NCBI GenBank assembly: GCA_035758565.1
Contig: DASTXL010000001.1
Coordinates: forward strand, 75,242-139,241
Direction of reading: 5' to 3'
DNA from: Candidatus Saccharimonadales bacterium
GTDB taxonomy: Bacteria > Patescibacteriota > Saccharimonadia > Saccharimonadales > UBA10212
Length of the DNA: 64,000 nucleotides
Position 1 is the first letter of the stretch; the number at the start of each line of letters is the position of its first letter. A program made the position numbers and the translations under genes. The notes under the pieces were generated by a model that ran no database searches, was not told where the DNA came from, and was given only the letters and a program-made list of their open reading frames with translations. Shown here in pieces: positions 1-7,846 of this stretch.

Positions 1-2
1 TA

Positions 3-482
3 ACCAACTGGCGCAGCTCTTTGGTGCGTACCGAAAGTATCAGTGCGGCTGCTGCTCGTGAAGGCTTCGAGCCTTTATTGCGTCTATCGCGCGGCGAAAA
101 ACGCGGGAGCGAGCGAGCTCGTGAACAAATTCTAGCCAATTCCTACGAAGCTGTGATTGGCGCCCTATATCTAGATAAGGGCTACGAGGCAGCCAAAGAA
201 TTTATCACCAAAAGTTTATTGCCCACCTTCGACAGTATTCTTAAAGAAGGTAGCTGGATGGATCCTAAATCTCGCCTGCAAGAAGTTGTGCAAAGTCGCG
301 ATGGCTTCACGCCGATCTATAAGGTGATTAGTGAAGAAGGTCCCGATCACGACAAAACTTTTGTCATCGGCGTTTTTGTTGACAACGAGCTAAAAGGTGA
401 GGGGACTGGACCAAGCAAACAAGCCGCCCAGGTAGCCGCCGCAACGTCGGCCTTAAAAAGCTACCAAGAGAGCCAGTGTTGA
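3..482 (+). CDS. rnc: Ribonuclease III, C-terminal part (5' end outside window)
   Basis: The frame is open to the window edge. SYEAVIGALYLDKGY marks the end of the RNase III domain and is followed by a dsRBD-like tail (DHDKTFVIGVFVDNELKGEGTGPSKQAAQ). Classic position upstream of rpsP. Confidence 0.85.
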   Translation, partial: TNWRSSLVRTESISAAAAREGFEPLLRLSRGEKRGSERAREQILANSYEAVIGALYLDKGYEAAKEFITKSLLPTFDSILKEGSWMDPKSRLQEVVQSRDGFTPIYKVISEEGPDHDKTFVIGVFVDNELKGEGTGPSKQAAQVAAATSALKSYQESQC

Positions 483-516
483 CAACAGAGGTGCTTATCT
501 GTAAAATAACCAAGAC

Positions 517-1002
517 ATGTTAGCAATTCGACTCAAAAGAACCGGTCGCACGGGACACGCCCAATTCAGGGTTGTGGTTCAAGACAGCCGTTTTCATCCA
601 ACCCGTGGCCGAATAGTAGCCTACCTTGGTAGCTATAATCCTCATAGTAAAGCCACCCAACTAGATAAAGATTTAGTCGCCAAGTATTTAGGTAATGGAG
701 CTCAGCCATCTGATCGCGTAGCTCGCTTACTTAAATCCGAAGGTGTTAAGCTTCCTGATTGGGTAAAAACTAGCGATCCAAAAGAACGCGCTATTCGCAA
801 TCCTGAAAAGTTGCGTCGCAACCAGCCTAAAGAAGAATCTGCGCCAGAAGTTGAGGCAACCGCCGAAGCTTCACAGGCCGCCGAAGAACCCGCTCCTACA
901 GAAGAAGCCTCTGCCGAACCCGAGGCTGAAGCTGCCCAACCCGAGGCTCCAAGCCCAGAAGCTGATGTACCAGCCGATGGCGAAACCACAGCCGAGCAAT
1001 AA
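517..1002 (+). CDS. rpsP: 30S ribosomal protein S16 with E/A/P-rich C-terminal extension
   Basis: N-terminus MLAIRLKRTGRTGHAQFRVVVQDSRFHPTRGRIVAYLGSYNP is a canonical S16. About 60 extra low-complexity residues at the C-terminus. Confidence 0.92.
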   Translation: MLAIRLKRTGRTGHAQFRVVVQDSRFHPTRGRIVAYLGSYNPHSKATQLDKDLVAKYLGNGAQPSDRVARLLKSEGVKLPDWVKTSDPKERAIRNPEKLRRNQPKEESAPEVEATAEASQAAEEPAPTEEASAEPEAEAAQPEAPSPEADVPADGETTAEQ

Positions 1003-1122
1003 AATAAACTCGCCGGCGCTGCGCGCAACATAACGGGTGGTACTCACAAATAATGAATAAATTCCTTATTTGCTCCGTTCCTACGTTATAATAAAATTAC
1101 CGACTAAACGAAGGAGACTAGT

Positions 1123-1620
1123 ATGGCCGTCAGTATTGACCAGCAATTTATTGAATACATCGTAAAATCTCTTGTAAGTAATCCAGATGCCGTAAAAATT
1201 GAGCGTCGTATAGACGAAAAAGGAGTTCTTCTAGAACTCACCGTCGACCCAGAAGACCTAGGCCGCGTCATTGGTAAACGCGGTGCTACCGCCCAAAGTT
1301 TGCGTACTCTCCTGCGTGCACTTGGCACCAAGAATGATGCTCGCTACAACCTAAAAATTGTCGACAACGGCGAACCGCGCCCAGCCCGTCAAAACGATTT
1401 AGCTGCCAGCGACAATGCGGCAGATGAGCCTGCTACTAACGACGATGCCGCTACATCGGCTGACGAACCAGCTCAACAGGATGACGGCGAACCCGAAGAT
1501 GTTGGTCGTGCTACGAATGACGACACTGTTGATCACGAGAGTGACGAAGATCGCCCGAGCGCCAGCCTAGCCGACCGGACTCGCGCCGAGCTGGCCGACC
1601 TAGACGACCTAGACGTCTAA
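1123..1620 (+). CDS. KH-domain RNA-binding protein (YlqC/UPF0109-like) with acidic tail
   Basis: LELTVDPEDLGRVIGKRGATAQSLRTLLRALG carries the KH GxxG motif. SD GAAGGAG lies upstream. Conserved position after rpsP. Long D/E/A-rich C-terminus. Confidence 0.8.
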   Translation: MAVSIDQQFIEYIVKSLVSNPDAVKIERRIDEKGVLLELTVDPEDLGRVIGKRGATAQSLRTLLRALGTKNDARYNLKIVDNGEPRPARQNDLAASDNAADEPATNDDAATSADEPAQQDDGEPEDVGRATNDDTVDHESDEDRPSASLADRTRAELADLDDLDV

Positions 1621-1929
1621 GCTGTCTCGTGGCCTTATTAGTTTTCGGTGATAATCATTCAGCATTTGACCAATAGCCAACTTTTTGTCAGTACGCATCC
1701 AATTAGAGCCAATAGCCAGCTCAAGACCAATTAACGCGACTGTCGCATCGTGGGGCTTTAATTCTGTGCCACTGTTGGCTTCACTCAAGAGCTCTGTTAC
1801 TCTTTCTACATCGTCCTCAGTAACCTTATCGGTGAGGTCCAACTCCATTTGGTCGACGGCGTCAAAAATGATGTCGATATCATCTTCTGGCTCAAATATG
1901 ATACTCCCTGAGGTTTCACCTGGTTTCAC
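1609..1929 (-). CDS. Hypothetical small acidic protein
   Basis: In-frame GTG at 1929 is preceded by AAGGAGGAG 4 nt upstream; the TTG at 1962 in the track has no SD. No recognisable family. Fills the slot where rimM usually sits. Confidence 0.45.
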   Translation of the reverse strand: MKPGETSGSIIFEPEDDIDIIFDAVDQMELDLTDKVTEDDVERVTELLSEANSGTELKPHDATVALIGLELAIGSNWMRTDKKLAIGQMLNDYHRKLIRPRDSLDV

Positions 1930-1966
1930 AGCACTCCTCCTTTTCTCATTGTATAATAACAATTAT

Positions 1967-2617
1967 ATGACAATACAAATAATTACTTTGTTTCCGGAGA
2001 TGTTTGACGGAGTGCTAAACAGCTCGATGCTCTGGAAAGCCCAAAAAGAAAATCTTGTCGAATATAGTCTAATTAATCTGCGCGATTTTGGCTTAGGTCC
2101 TAGGGCTCAAGTAGACGATGTGCCCTATGGTGGCGGTGACGGCATGGTATTGATGGCCGAGCCGCTGTTTAACGCCATAGATCATGCGCGCAAAACTGAC
2201 CCAGACGCGCAGGTGCTTTTGATGACACCGCGCGGCGAGCAATTCAACCAAGAAATGGCCCGTGAGTTTGCAGCTACCGAGGCCGGAATAATAATTATTT
2301 GCGGTCGTTACGAAGGTTATGACGAGCGAATCGTTAGCATGGTTGATAAACAAATTTCGGTTGGCGATTTTGTGCTAACCGGCGGGGAATTGCCGGCCAT
2401 GATAATAGCCGACGCCGTAACGCGCTTAATCCCTGGTGTTTTGGGTGGTGAAACAAGCGCTGAACTGGAAAGTTTCAGCGAGTTGGGCGTTCGTGAACAT
2501 CCGCACTATACTCGGCCTGAAGAAATCCGCGGATTACGAGTGCCCGATGTGTTGCTTTCTGGTCATCATGAGCAAATCAAAAAATGGCGCGACCAAAACT
2601 CTATCAAGAAGAACTAG
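1967..2617 (+). CDS. trmD: tRNA (guanine37-N1)-methyltransferase
   Basis: MTIQIITLFPEMFDGVLNSSMLWKAQ..., YGGGDGMVL, ICGRYEGYDERI and GDFVLTGGELPAMIIADAV are TrmD signatures. The track ORF start at 1685 is an upstream read-through extension. Confidence 0.92.
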   Translation: MTIQIITLFPEMFDGVLNSSMLWKAQKENLVEYSLINLRDFGLGPRAQVDDVPYGGGDGMVLMAEPLFNAIDHARKTDPDAQVLLMTPRGEQFNQEMAREFAATEAGIIIICGRYEGYDERIVSMVDKQISVGDFVLTGGELPAMIIADAVTRLIPGVLGGETSAELESFSELGVREHPHYTRPEEIRGLRVPDVLLSGHHEQIKKWRDQNSIKKN

Positions 2618-2636
2618 TGACACACGCTCAACCTCC

Positions 2637-2666
2637 ACTACACCAAAACTTCACCGATCGGTGAGC
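2637..2666. repeat. Direct-repeat copy 1 (TACACCAAAA..CACCGATCGGT) containing the 12-bp palindrome CACCGATCGGTG
   Basis: ctacaccaaaacttcaccgatcggtgagc here matches atacaccaaaaactcaccgatcggttat at 3197-3224. Confidence 0.65.
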
Positions 2667-2700
2667 AAACGAGGGAGACGGTATTTATACCAAGTAGTTA

Positions 2701-3186
2701 CTATAGGGAAGAGCATTCATAAAGCTGTACGTAAGGCTCCAAATCCATTTCGTTTACCAGGTCTTTGATTGATTGTTTGTGGTCTAGGGAGGTAGTCCAA
2801 ACACTCTTCTGTACTTGTGCGAACTGCCATAATTTTAGGGTGCGTCGGAACTTTGCTCTTGTTACTGCCATGTCTTCGGGAATGTCGAAAATCACCATCA
2901 ATTTAGCTCCATCAGATAGCCGCTCAGCCACAAATGGTCTTACATTTTTTTGACCCTCGATTGTTAAACGCCAAGCATTAGCCTGTTTTTCTATTAGCTT
3001 ACGCCGCTCGGCTTCGTAAAGAGCATTTTGCAAAGTACGTTTTTTATAACGAGAGATCTTTTCGAGTTCCTGGAAAAAAGTGTTTGAATCAAACACTAGC
3101 AGCATATTTTGACGGCTGTAGGGGATTAGGGCCTTTAGTACAAAACCCATGGCTGTTTGGGGCTGCGGATTGTGATGCCGAACCAT
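2701..3186 (-). CDS. PaaX-like / Cas2-fold domain putative transcriptional regulator
   Basis: The C-terminal half, LMVIFDIPEDMAVTRAKFRRTLKLWQFAQVQKSVW, resembles the PaaX C-terminal (Cas2-like) module. ATG at 3186 lies 6 nt after TATATT, which looks leaderless. Confidence 0.45.
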   Translation of the reverse strand: MVRHHNPQPQTAMGFVLKALIPYSRQNMLLVFDSNTFFQELEKISRYKKRTLQNALYEAERRKLIEKQANAWRLTIEGQKNVRPFVAERLSDGAKLMVIFDIPEDMAVTRAKFRRTLKLWQFAQVQKSVWTTSLDHKQSIKDLVNEMDLEPYVQLYECSSL

Positions 3187-3196
3187 AAATACAATA

Positions 3197-3224
3197 TACA
3201 CCAAAAACTCACCGATCGGTTATT
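3197..3224. repeat. Direct-repeat copy 2 with palindrome ACCGATCGGT, in the divergent promoter region between the regulator gene and sodA
   Basis: Same motif as 2637-2666. Overlaps the expected -35 regions of both divergent promoters. Confidence 0.65.
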
Positions 3225-3273
3225 ATTTGGGGTAGAGTATAATTAAGGGGACTACTAAGAGGAGGAATATATT

Positions 3274-3888
3274 ATGTTTACGTTGCCAGATTTACCTTAT
3301 AGCTTTGACGCTTTGGAGCCGCATATCGACGCCAAAACCATGGAAATTCACCATGATAAACATCATGCGACCTATGTTGAAAAACTGAACGCCGCGCTTG
3401 AGGGCCACGAAGATTTGCAAAAGATGGACATCGTAGAGCTTATCACTAGCCTAGACAAAGTACCCGAAAATATCCGAACGGCCGTACATAATAATGCTGG
3501 CGGCCACGCTAATCACAGCTTTTTCTGGGATGTTATGTCGCCCGATGGCGGCGGCGAACCTGGTGGCGAACTGGCCGAGGCTATCAATAAAACCTTTGGT
3601 AGTTTCGAAGATTTTAAAGCTAAGTTTAAAGAAGCGGCCGCGGGTCGCTTTGGCAGCGGCTGGGCTTGGCTGACTTACAGAAATGGAAGTCTGGAAATCT
3701 GCAGCACACCAAATCAAGACAGCACAGTCATGGACGACCCCGACAATAAACCGCTGCTTGGCTTGGATGTCTGGGAACATGCCTACTACCTCAAATACCA
3801 AAACAAACGTCCTGACTACATAGATGCATTTTGGAATGTTGTAAATTGGCCTCAAGTCGAAAAATACTTCGGTATGGTTTCAAAATAA
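3274..3888 (+). CDS. sodA: Fe/Mn-family superoxide dismutase
   Basis: [35 protein letters not shown] ... [24 protein letters not shown] plus SD GAGGAGG upstream. Confidence 0.95.
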   Translation: MFTLPDLPYSFDALEPHIDAKTMEIHHDKHHATYVEKLNAALEGHEDLQKMDIVELITSLDKVPENIRTAVHNNAGGHANHSFFWDVMSPDGGGEPGGELAEAINKTFGSFEDFKAKFKEAAAGRFGSGWAWLTYRNGSLEICSTPNQDSTVMDDPDNKPLLGLDVWEHAYYLKYQNKRPDYIDAFWNVVNWPQVEKYFGMVSK

Positions 3889-3894
3889 TCATGG

Positions 3895-3968
3895 CATGAA
3901 AAGGCCCGCTCATTTTGAAGGCGAGCGACACGAACGCCGAAGCGTTCGTTGGCCTTTTCATGAGCGGG
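3895..3968. terminator. Nested hairpin between the convergent sodA and islet-A genes (bidirectional terminator candidate)
   Basis: Outer 12-bp stem catgaaaaggcc (3895-3906) pairs with ggccttttcatg (3951-3962). Inner hairpin cgaacgc-cgaa-gcgttcg at 3931-3948. Confidence 0.55.
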
Positions 3969-3970
3969 TC

Positions 3971-4654
3971 TTACCCCTTGACCTGCTGGAGTGAGCCCAG
4001 GTACGCGGTGTACTGCGCCGGCGTCAGCCGGATGTCCACGCGCACGAGGCTGTCGTTGATGAACTTCGGCAGGCCTTCCTCGCTCACCCACGCCCACTCC
4101 TTGGTCTTGTAGATATTGGGCGGCGTCTTGCTCAGGTGGCAGGTGGTGTAGGTCCAGAAGTCCTTGCCGGTGCAGGCCCACTTCCGCTTGTCCAGCTCCT
4201 TCGTGTTGTGGACGACAAAGCGGACGGCGTCCTTGGCGCCTGCCTTGGGCTGGAACCGCACCTGGTTGTACGGGATCTCCAGGATGTAGCTGCCGAACTT
4301 GGCCTGCAGGCTGAGCCTGACGGCCGAGCCCGGCTGGATCTGTCCCGACGTGTGGTTGCCGCCGGCGATCAGGAAGAACCAGGTTGAGCTGGTGAAGTTG
4401 CCGGTCGATCCATTGATCGACTGGCCAAGCTTCAGATTCTCCCAGCGGCCGGGATTGAGCCCGGCCGCGCGCAGGTAGTCCTTGGTACTGTAGTACGTCG
4501 TCCTGCCAGGACCGCTGGCCTGCACGCCCGCACCTGCGAGCAGGTAGACGATGGCGCCGATGATGCAGCCGACGAAGGTCCAGCCGACGATGGCGGCGAC
4601 GATGTCGCCAACCTTCGAGGAGCTGGCAGCAGTTTGGCCGCTATACGCGGACAT
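3971..4654 (-). CDS. Hypothetical membrane-anchored (N-terminal TM) exported protein, high-G+C islet A
   Basis: GC-rich codon usage unlike the flanks. SD GGAGAGAG precedes the ATG. One TM helix (IVAAIVGWTFVGCIIGAIVYLLAGAGV) followed by a ~170-aa domain with 2 Cys. No family recognised. Confidence 0.6.
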   Translation of the reverse strand: MSAYSGQTAASSSKVGDIVAAIVGWTFVGCIIGAIVYLLAGAGVQASGPGRTTYYSTKDYLRAAGLNPGRWENLKLGQSINGSTGNFTSSTWFFLIAGGNHTSGQIQPGSAVRLSLQAKFGSYILEIPYNQVRFQPKAGAKDAVRFVVHNTKELDKRKWACTGKDFWTYTTCHLSKTPPNIYKTKEWAWVSEEGLPKFINDSLVRVDIRLTPAQYTAYLGSLQQVKG

Positions 4655-4706
4655 GATCTCTCTCCAATGTCGAGGGACGTGAAAGGTAAAACTTCCAACG
4701 CGCTAT

Positions 4707-4735
4707 ATTTTACAATATTTAACGCATTAAATCAA
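4707..4735 (-). promoter_or_regulatory. Sigma70-like promoter candidate for the islet-A gene
   Basis: Minus strand reads TTGATT-17 nt-TAAAAT, located in AT-rich DNA directly after the stop of the upstream DUF1345-like gene. Confidence 0.35.
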
Positions 4736-5365
4736 TTAACCAAGGATATTGACGGCGCGGGCTGTTACTAGAACCACGGTTACTAATGATACTAAAGCTT
4801 GGACGCTCATTAGCAGTTTGGCTATATGGGTTAGCGGCATAGTGTCCGTTGGGCTAAAAGCCGTGCTGTTAGTTAAAGATAAGTATAAGTAGTCAGAGAA
4901 CAAAGGCTTCCAGCTAGTTTGATGGCCGGCCTGCTGAGGAAACTGAAAATGCTCAACGTCTTTGTGGCGATGAGTGCCTGACAGGCCCGGACTGCCCAGT
5001 TCCCAATACCACAAACCAAACATAATAATGTTGGTTAAAAAGATAGCCAACGCGCCGCGAAGCAAAGTACGGCCCGGCAAATCGGTGCCATTGATAAGCG
5101 CTCCAGCAAGTAGACCCAGCTCAACAGCGTTAGCTAGAGACACTAAGCCGATTAGCAAAAGCGACAAGGTTTTATGTGGTCCGGCTGCATTGCGGTGGCG
5201 GCGTGGGGCGGTAAATCCAATTCCAAAAACAAGCAGCAGTTCCAGAATAGCTACAAAATACTTAGGACCAATGCTTAGCTTTTGAGCAATTGTTAATTGT
5301 AAGGCTATAGCTACGAGCACGGCTATCTGCGCGTGCCACAGCTCGCTTTTTGTTATGGGGTGCAT
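4736..5365 (-). CDS. DUF1345-like integral membrane protein
   Basis: Several TM helices. HFQFPQQ...LFSDYLYLSLTNSTAFSPTDTMP resembles the DUF1345 family. ATG at 5365 lies 6 nt after TATACT; the alternative GTG is at 5383. Confidence 0.5.
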   Translation of the reverse strand: MHPITKSELWHAQIAVLVAIALQLTIAQKLSIGPKYFVAILELLLVFGIGFTAPRRHRNAAGPHKTLSLLLIGLVSLANAVELGLLAGALINGTDLPGRTLLRGALAIFLTNIIMFGLWYWELGSPGLSGTHRHKDVEHFQFPQQAGHQTSWKPLFSDYLYLSLTNSTAFSPTDTMPLTHIAKLLMSVQALVSLVTVVLVTARAVNILG

Positions 5366-5440
5366 AATTCGAGTATAGCGCACAGTTTAAATTTTCCCGA
5401 CAATTCGATATAATAACCCCTGTTGTTTCCTAAGCTAAGG

Positions 5441-5525
5441 GAAAAGAGCAGCCCGAGCAAAAATCACACTTTTTGCCCGGCGCGATGAGGAAAACCGTAG
5501 GTTGTCCTCATAGGGCGAAGCCGTG
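5441..5525 (+). repeat. Two-hairpin dispersed repeat, copy A
   Basis: About 85% identical by eye to the reverse complement of 16858-16945. Hairpins are CCGAGCAAAAA/TTTTTGCCCGG and ATGAGGA/TCCTCAT. Confidence 0.65.
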
Positions 5526-5529
5526 ACAG

Positions 5530-5603
5530 TGGGGATTGGCCAAGCGGTAAGGCACTGGGTTCTGGTCCCAGGATCGGGGGTTCGAATCCCTCATCCCCAG
5601 CCA
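5530..5603 (+). tRNA. tRNA-Gln (anticodon CTG), CCA encoded
   Basis: Acceptor TGGGGAT/ATCCCCA, D-arm GCC-AAGCGGTAA-GGC, anticodon arm CTGGG-TTCTGGT-CCCAG, T-arm with GGTTCGAATCC, then G-CCA. Confidence 0.9.
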
Positions 5604-5640
5604 TTTATCAGTTTTAGATATGATAGTAGGTACTTGATCT

Positions 5641-7083
5641 ATGGAAGAACCTAAGTACATTTCTGATTTTTTGGTGGCCAACGCCAAAAACATTCCGAAT
5701 CAAAACTTTTTGATTTGTCCGGATAAAACGCTCACCTGGCAAGAAGTTTACGATCTAAGCTCGATCGTTGCCGGCTTTATAAACAATCAATTTGGCGGCC
5801 AGCAACAAAAAATAGTTAGCCTCATACTGCCCGACACCTGGCAGTTTGTGGTGGCTTCTTTGGGTGTGACCATATCTGGCAATATTTGCTTGCCGATTGA
5901 TATGAGCTTTAAAAAGCTAGAAGTAGATTCGGTGCTGGAATCTGCTCAGCCGCAAATGATTATTGCTTGCGAAGAAACCAAGCACTTGGCCGGCGATAAT
6001 TTTGTATTAATTGAAGACATTCTTAAAAGCGACCGGCGTTTAAATAAAATCGAGTATGATTTGCCGCCGAAGCAGCAGCTATCTAGCTTGTTCCTATCTT
6101 CGGGTACGACTGGCAAGCCCAAATCGATTCCCAATACGCACGCCAACCAGCTTTGGGACGTCGCGGCCATAGCTGGCCCGATGGGTTGGACCAATGATGA
6201 CACATTGCTACTTACGCTTCATCTTTCGCATCGCCACGGGTTAATCATATGTTTGCTGAGTGCTATTTACCATGGCAGTACGGTTTACTTAGAAGAGCGC
6301 TTTAATCCGGCTCGCGTTCTTGAATTTTTAGAATCGGGCAAAATATCAATGTTTGTTTCAGTGCCAGCAGCCTATGAAAAGCTGGTGGAGTTTGAGCCAG
6401 ACAAGAAATTTGATTTATCTAAAGTACGGCTTTTTGCGTCTGGATCCTCGGCTTTGCCGCCATATCTATTCGAGGATTTTAAAAAGCGCTTCGGGCACAA
6501 TATTTTGGATCGCTACGGTACCAGCGAAACCGGTAGCATAGCCTTTAAGCACGATGCTAATTCCGGAATTTTTGATACGGTGCTTGAGGGCGTAGAGCTT
6601 AGAGTCGAGCCAGACGGCGAAGTGGCCCTAATATCGCCAGGTTTGTTCCCGGGCTATCTTAATAACCAAGAAGCGACAACCAAGAGCTTGACCAAAGACG
6701 GCTGGTGGCTGACTGGTGATATCGGAGAGACTAAAAACGGTAAATTAATTCTAAAAGGCCGCACTAAGGAGCGCATTAATAAAAGCGGCTATTCTATATA
6801 CCCTCAAGACATCGAATGGGCGCTTAAGCAAAACAAAAAAATCCGCGAAGTTAAAGTTATTAGCACGCCGGTTGAACATCACTTGGACGATAAAGTCTTT
6901 GCCTTTTATGCGGGCGACGCCAACGGCCAAGAACTGGTGGAATATTCCAAATTAAATTTGCCCAGGAGCTGGCGGCCTGACGAATTTATAAAAATTAATG
7001 AAATTCCCAGGAATGCCAACGGCAAGTACTCATTAGTTAAGTTGCACGAGCTTCTTAATAAGGACTACAAACATTTGCTCTAA
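5641..7083 (+). CDS. AMP-dependent synthetase/ligase (class I adenylate-forming enzyme, acyl-CoA-synthetase-like)
   Basis: LSSGTTGKPKSIPNTH (A3 motif), YGTSETG (A5), GWWLTGDIG (A7), and NGKYS near the C-terminus (A10 Lys). Confidence 0.8.
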   Translation: MEEPKYISDFLVANAKNIPNQNFLICPDKTLTWQEVYDLSSIVAGFINNQFGGQQQKIVSLILPDTWQFVVASLGVTISGNICLPIDMSFKKLEVDSVLESAQPQMIIACEETKHLAGDNFVLIEDILKSDRRLNKIEYDLPPKQQLSSLFLSSGTTGKPKSIPNTHANQLWDVAAIAGPMGWTNDDTLLLTLHLSHRHGLIICLLSAIYHGSTVYLEERFNPARVLEFLESGKISMFVSVPAAYEKLVEFEPDKKFDLSKVRLFASGSSALPPYLFEDFKKRFGHNILDRYGTSETGSIAFKHDANSGIFDTVLEGVELRVEPDGEVALISPGLFPGYLNNQEATTKSLTKDGWWLTGDIGETKNGKLILKGRTKERINKSGYSIYPQDIEWALKQNKKIREVKVISTPVEHHLDDKVFAFYAGDANGQELVEYSKLNLPRSWRPDEFIKINEIPRNANGKYSLVKLHELLNKDYKHLL

Positions 7084-7146
7084 ACCTACGATTACCCAGC
7101 GAATATAAATATTAAATAAAATACAAAAACCTAGTAGCATAAAAAT

Positions 7147-7845
7147 ATGAGAGCTTTTTGGGTTTTTATAATCATGGTGGCAGCAATTGTTGGCTGGTTT
7201 GGAGGCACTAACAATTCTACTCAAATAGTTCAGGTCAATGATGTTTCTTGGCCGAATTGCGGAGTTGCCTTGCAGAGAACGCAGGCTGGTATTGTGGGCA
7301 TCACGGGTGGCCTGGCTTTGCGTCCAAATCCCTGTTTGAACCAAGAAGCTTCAAAGTATAAAAACTTGTCCGTTTATATTAATACTGGTTATCCTGGCCC
7401 GCATGTCGCGCACCAATTTCAACTTACTCCCAAAGACTGCAGCCCTGGCGACAAGCAATGCCTAGCCTATAATTATGGCTATAACAGTGCGGTTTATGCC
7501 ATTAAATATTCTTTAATGAACGGCGTTGTTGCTAAAAATTGGTGGCTAGATGTCGAGACCGAAAACAGCTGGGACGGCGATGCCAAGGTTAACCGGGCGG
7601 CGTTAAGCGGTAGCTTGGATGCCTTAGCCGGCTTTGTTGGCAGGCAAAATCTGGGTTTTTATTCCTATCCAGGGCAGTGGGATTTGCTGACGGGCAAGTG
7701 GCGAAATCAATATCCTGCTTGGGTTGCCACCGGGTCTACCGAACGCCGCGATGCTCAGCTTGCTTGCGATCAAAGCAGCTTTACCGGTGGCCCGGTCGTG
7801 CTGGCTCAATACACCAAAACTTTAGACGAAGATTTAGCTTGCTAG
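7147..7845 (+). CDS. Secreted GH25-like / DUF1906-like glycoside-hydrolase-fold protein (putative muramidase)
   Basis: N-terminal TM/signal. DVSWPNC, WWLDVE, GFYSYPGQW and PAWVA resemble GH25-type lysozyme motifs. Confidence 0.45.
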   Translation: MRAFWVFIIMVAAIVGWFGGTNNSTQIVQVNDVSWPNCGVALQRTQAGIVGITGGLALRPNPCLNQEASKYKNLSVYINTGYPGPHVAHQFQLTPKDCSPGDKQCLAYNYGYNSAVYAIKYSLMNGVVAKNWWLDVETENSWDGDAKVNRAALSGSLDALAGFVGRQNLGFYSYPGQWDLLTGKWRNQYPAWVATGSTERRDAQLACDQSSFTGGPVVLAQYTKTLDEDLAC

Positions 7846-7846
7846 C

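Noticed and set aside
702-1033. ORFs 702-1031 (minus) and 851-1033 (plus) overlapping the 3' part of rpsP
   Set aside because: They mirror the low-complexity E/A/P-coding tail of S16. Composition-driven open frames with no start context.
1685-1966. N-terminal 94-codon extension of trmD in the ORF track
   Set aside because: The extension is Ser-rich nonsense lying antisense to a better-supported minus-strand gene. The canonical TrmD N-terminus begins at ATG 1967.
3852-4698. ORFs 3852-4181 (minus), 3915-4112 (plus), 4136-4387 (plus) and 4432-4698 (minus) inside islet A
   Set aside because: Typical alternative-frame open reading in G+C-rich DNA, with Arg/Pro/Gly/Ala-rich translations. Only the 3971-4654 frame has an SD, a TM helix and protein-like sequence.
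5508-5693. 61-aa minus-strand ORF
   Set aside because: It is the antisense translation of tRNA-Gln and its flanks.
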